64,000 nt of DNA from contig NC_043006.1 in NCBI RefSeq assembly GCF_006345805.1, forward strand, positions 58,776,001-58,840,000, written 5' to 3'. The notes beneath the pieces were generated by a model. That model worked only from the letters and a program-made list of their open reading frames with translations, ran no database searches and was not told the origin of the DNA. The position numbers and the translations under genes are program-made. The stretch is from Octopus sinensis. Taxonomy: Eukaryota. Positions 1 through 12,183 of the stretch are shown in pieces; position 1 is the stretch's first letter; every line of letters starts with the position of its first letter.

Positions 1-130
1 TTAACTGTAGTAAACAGTAGTTCAACCAATGCTTTGGTTGTTTATTTTATTCAATAAAACCCAAACCAGACAGTAACAGAACACTCGCACAGCATCTGAT
101 AATAATCGCAATTGACACGAGTAACTATCA

Positions 131-157
131 ATAGTAGTAGTAGTAGTAGTAGTAGTG

Positions 158-202
<45 letters not shown>

Positions 203-350
203 TAGTGGTAGTAGTAGTCGAAGTAGTAGTAGTAGCAGCAGGAGGAGCAGCAGTAATTCCCCACCCCACTCGACATGTTATTTGTCGTCCGGAACCCTTA
301 TTTATCATCATCATCATCATCATCATCATCATTAAAATGATGATTATTAA

Positions 351-382
<32 letters not shown>

Positions 383-930
383 TAAGTACTAGTAGCAGAA
401 GCAGTAAGAGCAACAGCAGCAGTAGTGGTGGCAGTAGTAGTAGTAGCAGTAGCAGCAACAGCAGTATTTCTTCCATAGATTATGCACCATTTTCTAACTG
501 GACTGATATTTCTCGCAATTTCGATTTGTTTCATAAGCTGTTGTGTTTGGAGGGCAATAGAAGGGGGGGGGGTAGAGAAGATGTTGTTGTTGTTGTAAGG
601 ATGTAATCTTATTATTGTTATTGTTGTTGTTGTTGTAGAGTCAATATCAATATTTATTTTGAAGAATGTCCCGTTAATTTATTCAAACAAATCGATTTCC
701 TTGTTTCACAATTGCCTTAACGTTAAAAGAGCCGGGATATTTCTTATCACCATCATCATCATCATCATCATCATCCTCAACATCATCATCGTTATCATCA
801 CTATCCTCATCACCATCACCCCTCCTCCTTTTCCTCCCCCTCCTCCTCTTCCTCCACCTCCTTTTATTCTCCTCCTCCTCCTCCTCCTCTTCATTATCTT
901 CATTATCATCATCAGTAGTGATGTTACGTC
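131..930. repeat. Compound trinucleotide simple repeats (AGT)n, (ATC)n, (AGC)n, (TTG)n, (CCT)n
   Basis: Directly visible; these generate the poly-S/poly-I/poly-L ORFs in the track. Confidence 0.95.
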
Positions 931-1301
931 ATGAACATTTTCGTCTTTTAACATTCTTTTCTGGCATTCTTTTATACTCTGGCGATAACATCATTTTTTT
1001 CTTCCCTTTTATATCAATTCCTCCCCTTCTATAAAAGCTCCTGATGTTCATAGGCTTAAAACAAACAAACAAAAAAAAAAGAGGTAAACAAGCCTTAAAA
1101 CGGGGATTTGTTTAATCCACAATATGGAGAACAAATGGGAGGTTTTCAACCATCTCAGGAAACAAGCAGTTTGTTTGTAACAATACTTTATAAAAATGAC
1201 GTGCTCTTTAGTAACCACCACGTATGTGTACTGGCGGTAAAACCATTAACTGCAGCATTTCCTCTCTCTTGCCCGTCTGTCAGTTTCTCTCTCCATGCAA
1301 G

Positions 1302-1333
<32 letters not shown>

Positions 1334-1472
1334 TATATAATAGATATGTATATATATAGATATGTATATATATATATATATATTATATATATATATATTA
1401 TATATATATGTATATATATGCATAGGCATATATGAGTACATGCTTATAATATATATATGTATACATATATTG

Positions 1473-1505
<33 letters not shown>

Positions 1506-1548
1506 TATATATATATACATGTATACATTTATTGTACATATATATATA

Positions 1549-1586
<38 letters not shown>

Positions 1587-2576
1587 TTACACATATATAT
1601 GTATACATACATGCATAATTATATGTCTTTGTTCCCTATCTTCCTGCAAGCGCGCGCATACACACACGCACAGAGACACGCTCACAGACACAGATACACA
1701 CGCACGTACACACACACACACACACACATACACACACAATATATATATACATATATCTATATATGCATATATATATTTATGTATACGTATGCATGTAAAT
1801 GTTGCTGCAGTTAAGGTAGTACAACTACTTAAATGATGATAGCTACACACGTCCACAGCTGTCGCCTTGTCCTCAGAGAATAAGACTCTTTTCCTTAACG
1901 GTACAACAGTTTTAGAGAATTCTTGCTTCAAGAATTATTTTCTGCCTCTTTTCGTTTGGCGTTGTTCCAATTGCAGCCAAGCAAATTGCTCTACCACTCA
2001 TCGAAGCCAACTTAATTTTGATAAATCAAGAATACCTCTTGTATGGTATTTCACGTAACCTTATTAGACTTTGCTGTTCAAATACATAGGCCAGTCTGAG
2101 ATATTTCGTTTACATATCAATGCATGTATACATGCATATAAGACCTTTCTAGACTTCTCTATTTGAGGTTCCCGTGGTGAACATACGCACACGATCATAT
2201 AGATGTGTCAAATACATATGAACACACACGCACATAAACAGTATTGAAACATACGCACTTGCGTTCTGTGTGACACGCACATGTACACGCATACACGAAC
2301 CAATTCAGACCCAAATCTTATTTTCATTTAAAGAAAAGAATCTTGTCACTTTGTTAGTAACCGATTTGGATTCTATGAGAGAAAAAAAGAAAAAAAAAGC
2401 ATAAAATAAATCCGAAAGAAACACACAGGCACACACGCCCCCACCACACTTATACTTACATATACATACATCTTTCTCTGTCTGTTTGCCTCTATCACAC
2501 ATACGCACATACACACATATATGGGTGCCTGTACTTTTGTACGTCTTGACATACATATAAGCCTGCATATTTGTAC

Positions 2577-2618
<42 letters not shown>

Positions 2619-3022
2619 AAACACATAGATATACACATACACGCGTACACACACGCGCATACACACACGCACGTACGCACACAAACACACATACATTACA
2701 TATACATGTACAGTCACACTTTCTATCCTTGTCTATACATCTGCATTAAACACTTTCTGCACTCACTGTCTATTAAAAAAACGAAAGAAAAAAAAGGAAT
2801 CCCTGTACAAGCGAGAAGCATATTCACAACGATCGAATCATCAAAGCGATGCTGAATTAACAATAATCCTAAGCTAGACTCTGTGTCATACGTCATTTCC
2901 TGTTTCTTCTTAATGAAATCTTTTCAGTGCACTGAGAATTGTGTGTGTGTGTGTGTGGTGTATGTATATATATATATATACACACACACAAATATGTATG
3001 TATGCACATATATATATGTATG

Positions 3023-3071
<49 letters not shown>

Positions 3072-3266
3072 ATATATATATATATGTATGTATGTATATA
3101 TATATATATACACATATGTATATATGTTAAGAGAATATATTCTCCTTGGTACGCTTGTTAGTTAAAACACCTCGAAGATATTCCTAGGTCCCATTCAGGA
3201 CCGATGGAATTCATGTTACTTGTCTCGTGTTCGAAGGATATATATATATATATATATATATATAGG

Positions 3267-3325
<59 letters not shown>

Positions 3326-3444
3326 CAATATGTATTATATATATATAGGTGAGAAATATATAATGCTTTCCTCATTAAAACAGAAACGAAATTTCATGTG
3401 TGGGTGTGTGTGGGTGCGCGCGCGTGTATGTGAGTGTGTGTGAG

Positions 3445-3488
<44 letters not shown>

Positions 3489-3893
3489 TAATAATAATAC
3501 CATTATTATCATCATTATATACATAATTATATATAATTATATATAATCATTATTGTGCTATAATTATTATGGCTCAACAAATATTATACTTATAGATCAA
3601 TAAATATCATTTATTACTTGTTTGATTGTTTTGAAACTAATATGGGAATATAAACTGGCTGTTTCCTACTGACTATAACGCCAACTACGTGAAAATATAA
3701 ATTGAGTCGATAATTAGATCGTTGTGTGATACATTCTCACGAGTCCAAGATTACTTTGACAATCTGTATAAGCATAATTCCATATACTTTTACGCATTCA
3801 CGCACCACTTGCACGCACATACACACTCACACACATATGTATACACACACATATGTATACATACACATATGTATACACACACATACACACACA

Positions 3894-3933
<40 letters not shown>

Positions 3934-3962
3934 CATATACATATATTTCTCTCTCTCTCCCG

Positions 3963-4012
<50 letters not shown>

Positions 4013-4137
4013 TATATATATATATACATATATATATAGGGAGAATTCGCGAAAAAAAACAAACAAACAAAAGACGAAGACATGTGGCGTAGAAAACAAA
4101 CAGATGTATTAGTAAAACGTTCGCGAATTGAAAATGT

Positions 4138-4173
4138 CTTTAACGTTTCGAGCCTACGCTCTTCCACAGAAAG
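4138..4173 (-). ncRNA. Degenerate minimal type-I hammerhead motif (GAGC-gtag-GCTC family), about 0.83 kb downstream of the TARP stop codon
   Basis: Minus strand: CTTT CTGTGGA A GAGC GTAG GCTC GAAA CG T T AAAG. All stems are intact, but core A6 is changed to U. Same family as the intact copy at 39129. Confidence 0.55.
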
Positions 4174-5006
4174 GAACACAGAAAGAAACAAAGAGAGAAA
4201 CAAGGAGAGAAAAACATGTGTGAAGTGGTTACCGATCTATCATATATACTAACGGTCACCCGTATAAACACTCACACTAACTCTCATACACATGGTCACA
4301 TCCCTCATCATTCCTCCCACAAAGTACGCCTACGTACACATGGGCATGCGCCTATCTTTCTAAGTACATGCTTATTCATATTAATATGTGTGATGATGTC
4401 TATATATATATGTAAGAATATATAGACATGGTCACAATGGGAGTAGGAAAATGTTAATGAGCTTAGTGAGATTCGATCTCACATACAACATATTTCAGCC
4501 GACTGGTGTACCGCTAATTTACTGAATGACTGATTAATTCGTTAATTCAGGAATCAGGTTAAGACATTAAACTTCTTCGATGTGTGAGGAATCTTCACTC
4601 TCTAAATAGCATTAGATAAGCAGTATATATATGTATATATATATATGATGTATATATACGTATGTGTAAGGTATATATATGTGGTGTGTATATATATATA
4701 TATATATATGTATATATGTACACACACACACACACACGTGTGCATGTTCTAAATGGCACTGTGGGGTGAGGAGTGTATTTACACAAATCTATTGATTTTG
4801 GAATACAAATGTATAAATACTACTCACTTTATACATACATGCGTGCATATATATATATATATATGTTTTCAAATATATATTATGTGTATATATATTTTCA
4901 TGCATATTCATATGTATATACATATATATGCATATGTATTTTATACAATATAAATATATATGTGTATGTATGTAGGTTTACACTTATTACTACATCTTTA
5001 CAGTGC

Positions 5007-5314
5007 TCATAAGACGATGGTAGCGGATTGAATTCCAACTTCATTATCTTGCATATAATCGGAGTCGACTTTATCCTCGAGACCTGGAATTATTCGTACC
5101 ATATCGTCCACATGCGCGCTGCGAAGAAGATACAGTGAGATTCCAAACACCGCCGCCATTTCCGACGTAATGAAAGAGACGCCGGCAAAGAAAAATGACC
5201 AACCATAGAAATAGGAGAACTTTGGTTCTTCTTCGCCAGCTACCTTGGCTCGGTGGCCAACTTCATCATTCACTGCAGATATATATAATATAATTCCAAC
5301 AGATAGAGCCAGAC
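5007..5314 (-). CDS. CACNG5/7-like: Terminal coding exon of a stargazin/TARP-like voltage-dependent calcium channel gamma-subunit family protein (end of TM3, TM4, short C-tail)
   Basis: Translates (G)LALSVGIILYISAVNDEVGHRAKVAGEEEPKFSYFYGWSFFFAGVSFITSEMAAVFGISLYL...SATIVL*. This matches the family motifs LYIS.INDE and Y.YGWSF.FA..SF...E. Polypyrimidine acceptor ttttttttcag|GT (AG at plus 5315-5316), phase 1; TGA at 5007-5009. Confidence 0.93.
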
Positions 5315-5365
5315 CTGAAAAAAAAAGGAGGAAATTAATTATACAGGGCAAAGCAAATGCAAATG

Positions 5366-5449
<84 letters not shown>

Positions 5450-5586
5450 CGTGCGTGTGTATGTATGTAGAGATGTCACGAAAGTGACAAAGGACAGTAA
5501 TCAGCACCATTATTGCTAGAAATAAGAGTCAGAGCAACTCTATATTTATATACATATGTATTTACATACATACATGCATACATACA

Positions 5587-5619
<33 letters not shown>

Positions 5620-5680
5620 GCACACATACATACATATACATACATACATACATACATACATACATACATACATACATACA

Positions 5681-5724
<44 letters not shown>

Positions 5725-6728
5725 AATATAAAATATAAATGCAAAGTTACATTACACAGGATACATCGTAAATAATTCAAAATTACTTAGGAATATATTA
5801 GTGGTCAGAACATGCAATGAGTGGCTGGGTGGTAAGTACCTTGCTTACGCATGCGAGTTAGTTAGTTACTTGCAAGTGAACAAGGAAAGATGTGCAGCTG
5901 TATAGCTCCGTCCTTGAAAAAAGGTCACCGTCAAGGTAAGCGATTTTGTTTTTTCTGAGCTGGATAGAATTATTGTGTGTCTTATTTTTTATTACAGTAT
6001 ATTCTGCCCAGCTCTGGGGCATTTTTTACTCACTCTTGGCGGTGTTATGATTGTGTTTGTTAACAACCAAGTGAAGAATTTTAAAGGGAATTATTTTCAC
6101 TCCAGTTATTTTGAAAAATTGGTGCTTGCAAGCTGTACATGGTTTTAAACACAGAAACGTTGGAAGTGCTTTATCAGGAGGATTACCAAGAGATTTGAAG
6201 GCTGCAAGTGGGCTGGGAGTACCGTGTAGCCCCCAAATTGCATTTTTTGCCGTGGAGAATTGTACATATTTATTTATTCTTCTGAACTGCTGTCTTCTCT
6301 TTTCTTTTTGCTGAACAATTTTAGTTAGACTAGTATTTTATTTCTTCCAATTTTAGTTGAACTGTTTTTTTAAAAATTTTTATTGAGTTCAAAGACTTTT
6401 TGTTGTTTTTGTTTGAGTGACTTTTTTCATTTTTTTTTTTGGACTATGTTATCGACATGGCAGATAAAATGATAAAAAATAAGACCACTGCTTTGGAGTG
6501 GGAGATTGTCCCACCCAAGCAGTGACTTGGAAACCTTGAGAGGAGGACGGTGGTATTACGGACCTATTCGCTACGTTCTGAGTTCAGATTCCGCGGATGT
6601 CGACTTTGCCGTTCATCTTTTCGGGGTCGATAAATTAGATACCAGTGAAAAACTGGGGTCGATCTAATCGACTGTTCTCTCCCCTAAATTTCAGGCCTTG
6701 TGCCCATAATAGAAAGGATTATTATTAT

Positions 6729-6779
<51 letters not shown>

Positions 6780-6869
6780 GTTGTTGTTGCTGTTGTTGTT
6801 GTTGTTGTGTTGTTGTTCTTCTTCTTCTTCTTCTTCTTCTTCTTATTATTATTATTATTATTACGAGTG

Positions 6870-7900
6870 AGGTATTAACTTTAGGATCCTATGGAAGGTT
6901 AGATGAGGGTATGAGAAACGATGGCTTGAGACTGACTCAGGTCATCAACGAGAACAGTCTGAACAATTCTCTTCTGGAGAACTTTCAGAGCGGATGCAAA
7001 TTCCAAAAGCCCTTAGCATGGCAGTGCTACAGATGGAGACTTTAGCTTTTCGAAACAAGCTCTACAAGCAGGAAGGGCCAACAATATCTACAAACAGGAA
7101 GCGCCAACTGCATGCAAGGAGACAAAATCGTCCCACACGCAGTCGTGCAATGTCCATGCATAAGCGACTCGTAGACTGGTGTCGATAAGCTGATGTCGAG
7201 TGCAGAAAGAATCGAGCTGCCCGTCGTGTCCATAGTGAAGATCAACGAGCTACCTTCCTTTAGCAGAGAATGGGATGCAAATCATTCTCTCTTTGGTGGC
7301 TGTGATGAAAGAGTCTGTAAGACGGACTCATCAGAAAAGTTTTACTTATCTGGTCTCAACTTATCTGCTGTGGAGGCACATGGCCTAGTGGTTAGAGCAG
7401 CGAACTCGCGGTCGAGGGATAATGGGTTCGAATCTCAGACCGGGTGATGTGTGTGTTTATGAGCGAAACACATAAGCTCCACGCGGCTCCAGCAGAAGGT
7501 AATGGCGAACTTCTGCTGACTCTTTCGCCACAACTTTCTCTCACTCTTTCCTCCTGCATCTTGCAGCTCACCCTGCGACGGACAGGCATCCCGTCCAGGT
7601 GGAGAACCTATACGCCAAGGAAACTGGGAAACCGGCCCTTATGAGCCAGGCGGAACAAACAAGCAACAAATTATCTGCTCTCAACTTCTTCACGTATCAT
7701 TTGAAAAGGAGGGTGATAGTAGAGGAGAAACTGCCTTCTAGTGTATTTCTCGAAAGATGAATGAGAGTGGCATGACAGGTGAGTCTGAATGAATCTGAGC
7801 AAACTTTTCTATGTAGGAGGAAAGAACTGCCAGAATGCACATTTGAAGCTTTGAAAATGCCCAAATATTCCGGGCGTTCTGGACTGCCCCACTACTGGAG
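6870..7900 (+). mobile_element. Degraded L1/Tx1-type LINE 3' remnant, interrupted by a SINE
   Basis: Frameshifted pieces LAWQCYRWRL...ANCMQGDKIVPHAVVQCPC resemble the zf-RVT/CCHC C-terminus of L1/Tx1 ORF2. The sequence continues after the SINE (FFTYHLKRRVIVE). Confidence 0.55.
7370..7670 (+). mobile_element. tRNA-derived SINE with 9-bp target-site duplication
   Basis: A box TGGCCTAGTGG and B box GGTTCGAATC; TTATCTGCT duplicated at 7361-7369 and 7671-7679. A related minus-strand copy lies at about 50520-50762. Confidence 0.85.
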
Positions 7901-8055
7901 AATTTTGTTGTTGAAACTTTTGTTGGAATTTATTTTTATATATTTTATTATATTGCTTGTAATATGTTTAGTGTTGATTTCCTTTTGACAGATGTAAATC
8001 GCATCGTTTATATTGTTTTCAGGGTATTGGGCCTCTAGTGGTCAATAAAATCCTT

Positions 8056-8127
<72 letters not shown>

Positions 8128-8268
8128 GAAGCGAACTGGAAAATCGTTAGTGCGTCGGACAAAATGCCAAGTGCCATTTCATCCACGTTCTGGGCTCAAA
8201 TTCCACCGAGTTCAACTTTTCAACTTTGCCTTTCATCCTTTCGGGATTGATAAAATAAAGCACCAATT

Positions 8269-8342
<74 letters not shown>

Positions 8343-10590
8343 TACTTTTAATCTGCATGTTTGTTGTAATCACTTGGCGAGACACACCCAGCGGCCTAGG
8401 GCAAGTGAAGGTTAAGAGATGTTACAGTATAACTGAAAGCTTGGGGAGGGCAAGTGGCGAGGGAAGCGAAATATCTCCAAGTAATACAACACAAACATTT
8501 AAATTGATAGAGTTTTCCTAAGGATTGTGAGTAGTACTTGTCATCACAATCCTATGGACTTCTCTGAGACATGGTTCTCTTGGAATGTTGTCTAGATGTT
8601 CTGACATCCCTTTTTTTTATCATATCTAGGCCCCTACAATAACAGGAACATTTTTTGCTTTAAAATGCTACATCTTTTGTATTTCAACTTCCAGGTCCTT
8701 GTATTTACTAAGTTTGTCAAATTCCTTAACAGATATATTTTTACTAGTGGGAACATTTACATCTATTAGTCTACAAGTATTTTCTTCCTTGTCTTTGATA
8801 ATTATGTCTGGTCGATTAGACTGGAACGTTCTGTCAGTGTTGATTGAAAAATCCTAGAGGACAGTGACGTTTTTATCTTCACCGACTGGCTTAGGATGAT
8901 GTTAATAAGCAAGAGTGCCGATTTTGTAGTGTTTACATATTTTTCAGTGTAATTATTGTCCTACCTTATCGTGGCGATTTTTGTACTCGTTTGGTATCAG
9001 CACAGGACATCCTGAGACGAGGTGGTCTATTGTTTCGTCAAATGTGCCACAGAATCTGCATTTATGGGCAGTATCGTTTTGAAGAACGTTAGCCTAGTAG
9101 TTTCTGAAAAGCAAGCTTTGATGTTGTGTTGCCAGTATGAAACCTTCGGTCTCTACTTTCAGTCCTGAACTTCTCAGCCACTGACGGGTTGTCGCTTGGT
9201 CTACATCAGCATTTTGACTTCGAGGAATATACTGTCAATGCAGGGGATTCTAGCTCCACCACTCCTTTGTTTGTTTCTGCTGGTTTATTTTTTCTGCAGT
9301 CGGCTTGATTTGTTTTGCTTGCTTGATGGCAGCAGTTTCGGGTTCTTCATCTAATTCAGGATTGCTGCCAAGTTCCCTTGCGAATTTATAAGCTTTATTG
9401 ACAACAGAATTTGAATTTTTGCTGCTTTCATGTTTGCACACAAGTCACAACATCCAGCCTTGTGTATTAGATAAGTACCTGCTCATTGCTATTGTAGAGG
9501 TCTTACAAACACAGTTTGTAAACAAACCCAGCTCTAATTGCATCATTCCTCTTTCCCCACTACTTCTAAGTGGGTACTGATGGTCAACATCTGCTTTTGG
9601 GCGGTGCATGTACTTGGATGTCAATAATTTTCTCGTCTTCCTGTCCAGTCAATGATGTTAAAACTGTATTGGAGTACTGGTAGTGCCAGGGTGTTAATGG
9701 CTTTGATGCGATTTTTCGAGATGAGTTCAGTCTTCAGTACAAGTCTTATACTCCTTTAGTACTTCTTCATTAATTTTTCCTTTATAGTAACATGATGTAT
9801 ACCACCCACTTTGTTTATCCCTTAGTATTTATAACTTTCTTGTGGATCAAGATCCTTGATGGTAGCATCGGTATCTAATTTAATGGAAACAGTTTGTCTG
9901 AGCTTGCCTCTTACAAATGTTGCTTTTATGACATTTATCGAGGCCAAAATCCAGTCATTGCTAAATTCTTTAATAATTATTAAGAGCCCTACTAGCTTTT
10001 AGTCATTCCTAGCAAACAACTTCAGATCGTCCATATAAAACTGATGGTTTATTATAGTATTAAGAATTTTGTACCCATACCTGGTGTTATTCAGTTCGTT
10101 CCACAGTGGGATCAGTGCCATGCAAAAAATAATGGAGGGAAGGATTCACCTTGGAAGATGCCTCGTTTGATGTTGATGTTTTGGATTGGCTCATCCCATT
10201 TCTATGATTTACAAAGAGACGTGTGTTCCACTTGGCCATGCTATCTTGTAAGAATTTGGAGACGACAGGAAAGATCTTGTATATCTCGAGGGCCTTGAGT
10301 AGCCATTTATGTGGGACACTATCAGACGATTTCCTGTTGTCTATCCATGCCATACTCAGTTTCTTGTTCTTGCTCCGGCAATTCTTTACAATCATTCTAT
10401 TTATGAGTAGTTGGTCTTTGCACTCATAAGAATTTCGTTAACAACACTTTTGAGCTTGTGAAGTTTCGTTCGAGGAAAGCGTAAATTCTTTCAGTTAGTA
10501 TGGATGTGAGAATTTTGCAGGTGGTGTTGAGACATATTATTGGTCGGTAGTTCATCGGACTTTTTGCGTCTACAGTTTTTGGTAGTAGGT
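8343..10590 (-). mobile_element. 5'-truncated Dong/R4-clade LINE (RT + CCHC + restriction-like endonuclease), pseudogenised
   Basis: RT: KLSMAWIDNRKSSDSVPHKWLLKALEIYKI. Zinc knuckle: FCGTFDETIDHLVSGCPVLIPNEYKNRHDKVG. RLE: PDIIIKDKEENTCRLIDVNVP...KEFDKLSKYKDLEVEI. Bounded by (TAA)n on the element strand at both ends. Confidence 0.85.
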
Positions 10591-10632
10591 GTTATTATTA
10601 TTGTTGTTGATGTTGTTGTTGTTGTTGTTTAA

Positions 10633-10845
10633 GGCAGCGAGCTGGCAGAATCGTTAGCACGCTGGATGGAATGCTTAGCGGTATTTCGCTCGTCGCTGCG
10701 TCCTTTGCTTTTCATCCTTTCATCGAGGTTAACTTTGCTTTTCATACTTTCAGGGTCAATAAATTAAGTACCAGTGAATCACTGGGGTCGATGTAATCGA
10801 CTTACCTTCCCCCAAAATGGCTGTCTTTGTGGCAAAATTTGAAAC

Positions 10846-10850
<5 letters not shown>
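10633..10850 (+). mobile_element. Major tRNA-derived SINE family ('GGCGAGCTGGCAGAA...' head; conserved body GCCTTTCATCCTTTCGGGGTCGATAAATTAAGTACCAG), representative copy
   Basis: Same consensus recurs at about 6535, 8130, 11962, 31562, 31790, 33375, 42640, 42860, 47740, 50205 and 51090 (+), and at about 17300, 35200, 35750, 36160, 40205, 46190, 46400 and 51560-51960 (-). Confidence 0.85.
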
Positions 10851-10888
<38 letters not shown>

Positions 10889-11961
10889 GCATTCACTCTG
10901 GGCACTGTGGAATTTTGTGTTTGTAAGTTTCCGCAATGTTTTGTCATGTTTATCCTAAAAGGAATCCTTACATATTTTTGTCTACAATTTCGTAGATATT
11001 GATTCATAATTTAGGAGTGTAGTTTTTCCTTTTATGATGTCCCTGCTACAGAACGGGATCACCATTGAACCATTACTTTTTTTGTAGAAGTTTCTGCTTT
11101 TTTTTACATTAAAAAAACATGGATTCCAATGATAACATCACTATGTCCGTATGGAAGCAGTTGCGAAAGACAAGAGAGATGACGTAAAGAGAAAGGAAGA
11201 GAGAAAGAGAGAGAGAAAGGGAAGGAGATAGAGAAGTAGTGAATCCACAATAATTAAAAATGACAACAACAGTAACATGCTAACAACCACCAATGTTACC
11301 GCCATAGCAACTAAAACCATTGACGTCACTATGAAAGCAGATGCTACCGCTATTACATTGGCGTTGCTGCAAAGACATGCTAACGAGATTTACACTGCTA
11401 TTTGCAACGGCAACAGCAGCAGCAGTAACAACAAGGACAAGAATAGCAATAGTATTAGCAACAACATAACTATAACGATGAGATTAGAAAGCAGATTTTA
11501 TCTTTTATTTGTGTAGTGAGTAAACGGACATTCCACTGGCTCGAGGGAAAAATCAGAAACTATTGAAAAATACAAGAGCGACATTATACACCCTGGAACT
11601 TGGGATATAATGTCTCCCTGGGATGCTTTGTGTGGTGGAGGTGAGCAGCACTAAAAACAAAGACTAGTCTTTACAGCTGCATCAATCGTATATAAGGTAC
11701 TTTGCAGTGTCTAACTCAAGCGCGATTAGAAAAATAGATGAAAGAGATATGGACAACAGTAGAACGTCTAACAAGAAGGAAATAACATAGAAGGGCGGAG
11801 AATCTTTGTAAAAACGAACAAGAAGCTGGAAGAGTGGTCACAACCATATGACATCCAAGAATTTGTGATGATCCAATTTTATATATGGTACCTCGGGTGA
11901 CAAATGTAAGAGACATCTATGTGCAACATAACAGTGACCAAACCATAGTAGAGGAACACGG

Positions 11962-12183
11962 AGGCGGGTAGCTGGCGGAAACATTAGCACGCAGGGAAAA
12001 ATGCTTAACGGTATTTCGTTTGTCTTTATGTTCTGAGTTCAAATCCCGCCGAGGTCGACTTTGCCTTTCATCCTTTCATCATGGTGGATAAATTAAGTAC
12101 CAGTTGCGTACTGGGGTCAATCTAGTCGACTGCCCCGCTCCCCCAAATTTCAGGCATTGTGCCTAGAGTTGAAAAGAATAGTT
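11962..12183 (+). mobile_element. Major-family SINE with 11-bp target-site duplication
   Basis: GAGGAACACGG at 11951-11961 and 12184-12194 flanks a full head-body-tail copy. Confidence 0.85.

Noticed and set aside
7370-7445. tRNA genes at the SINE heads (also 20150-20221, 35585-35647, 15350-15417)
   Set aside because: A/B boxes are present but the cloverleaf is incomplete, and each continues into a repeated SINE body, some with TSDs.
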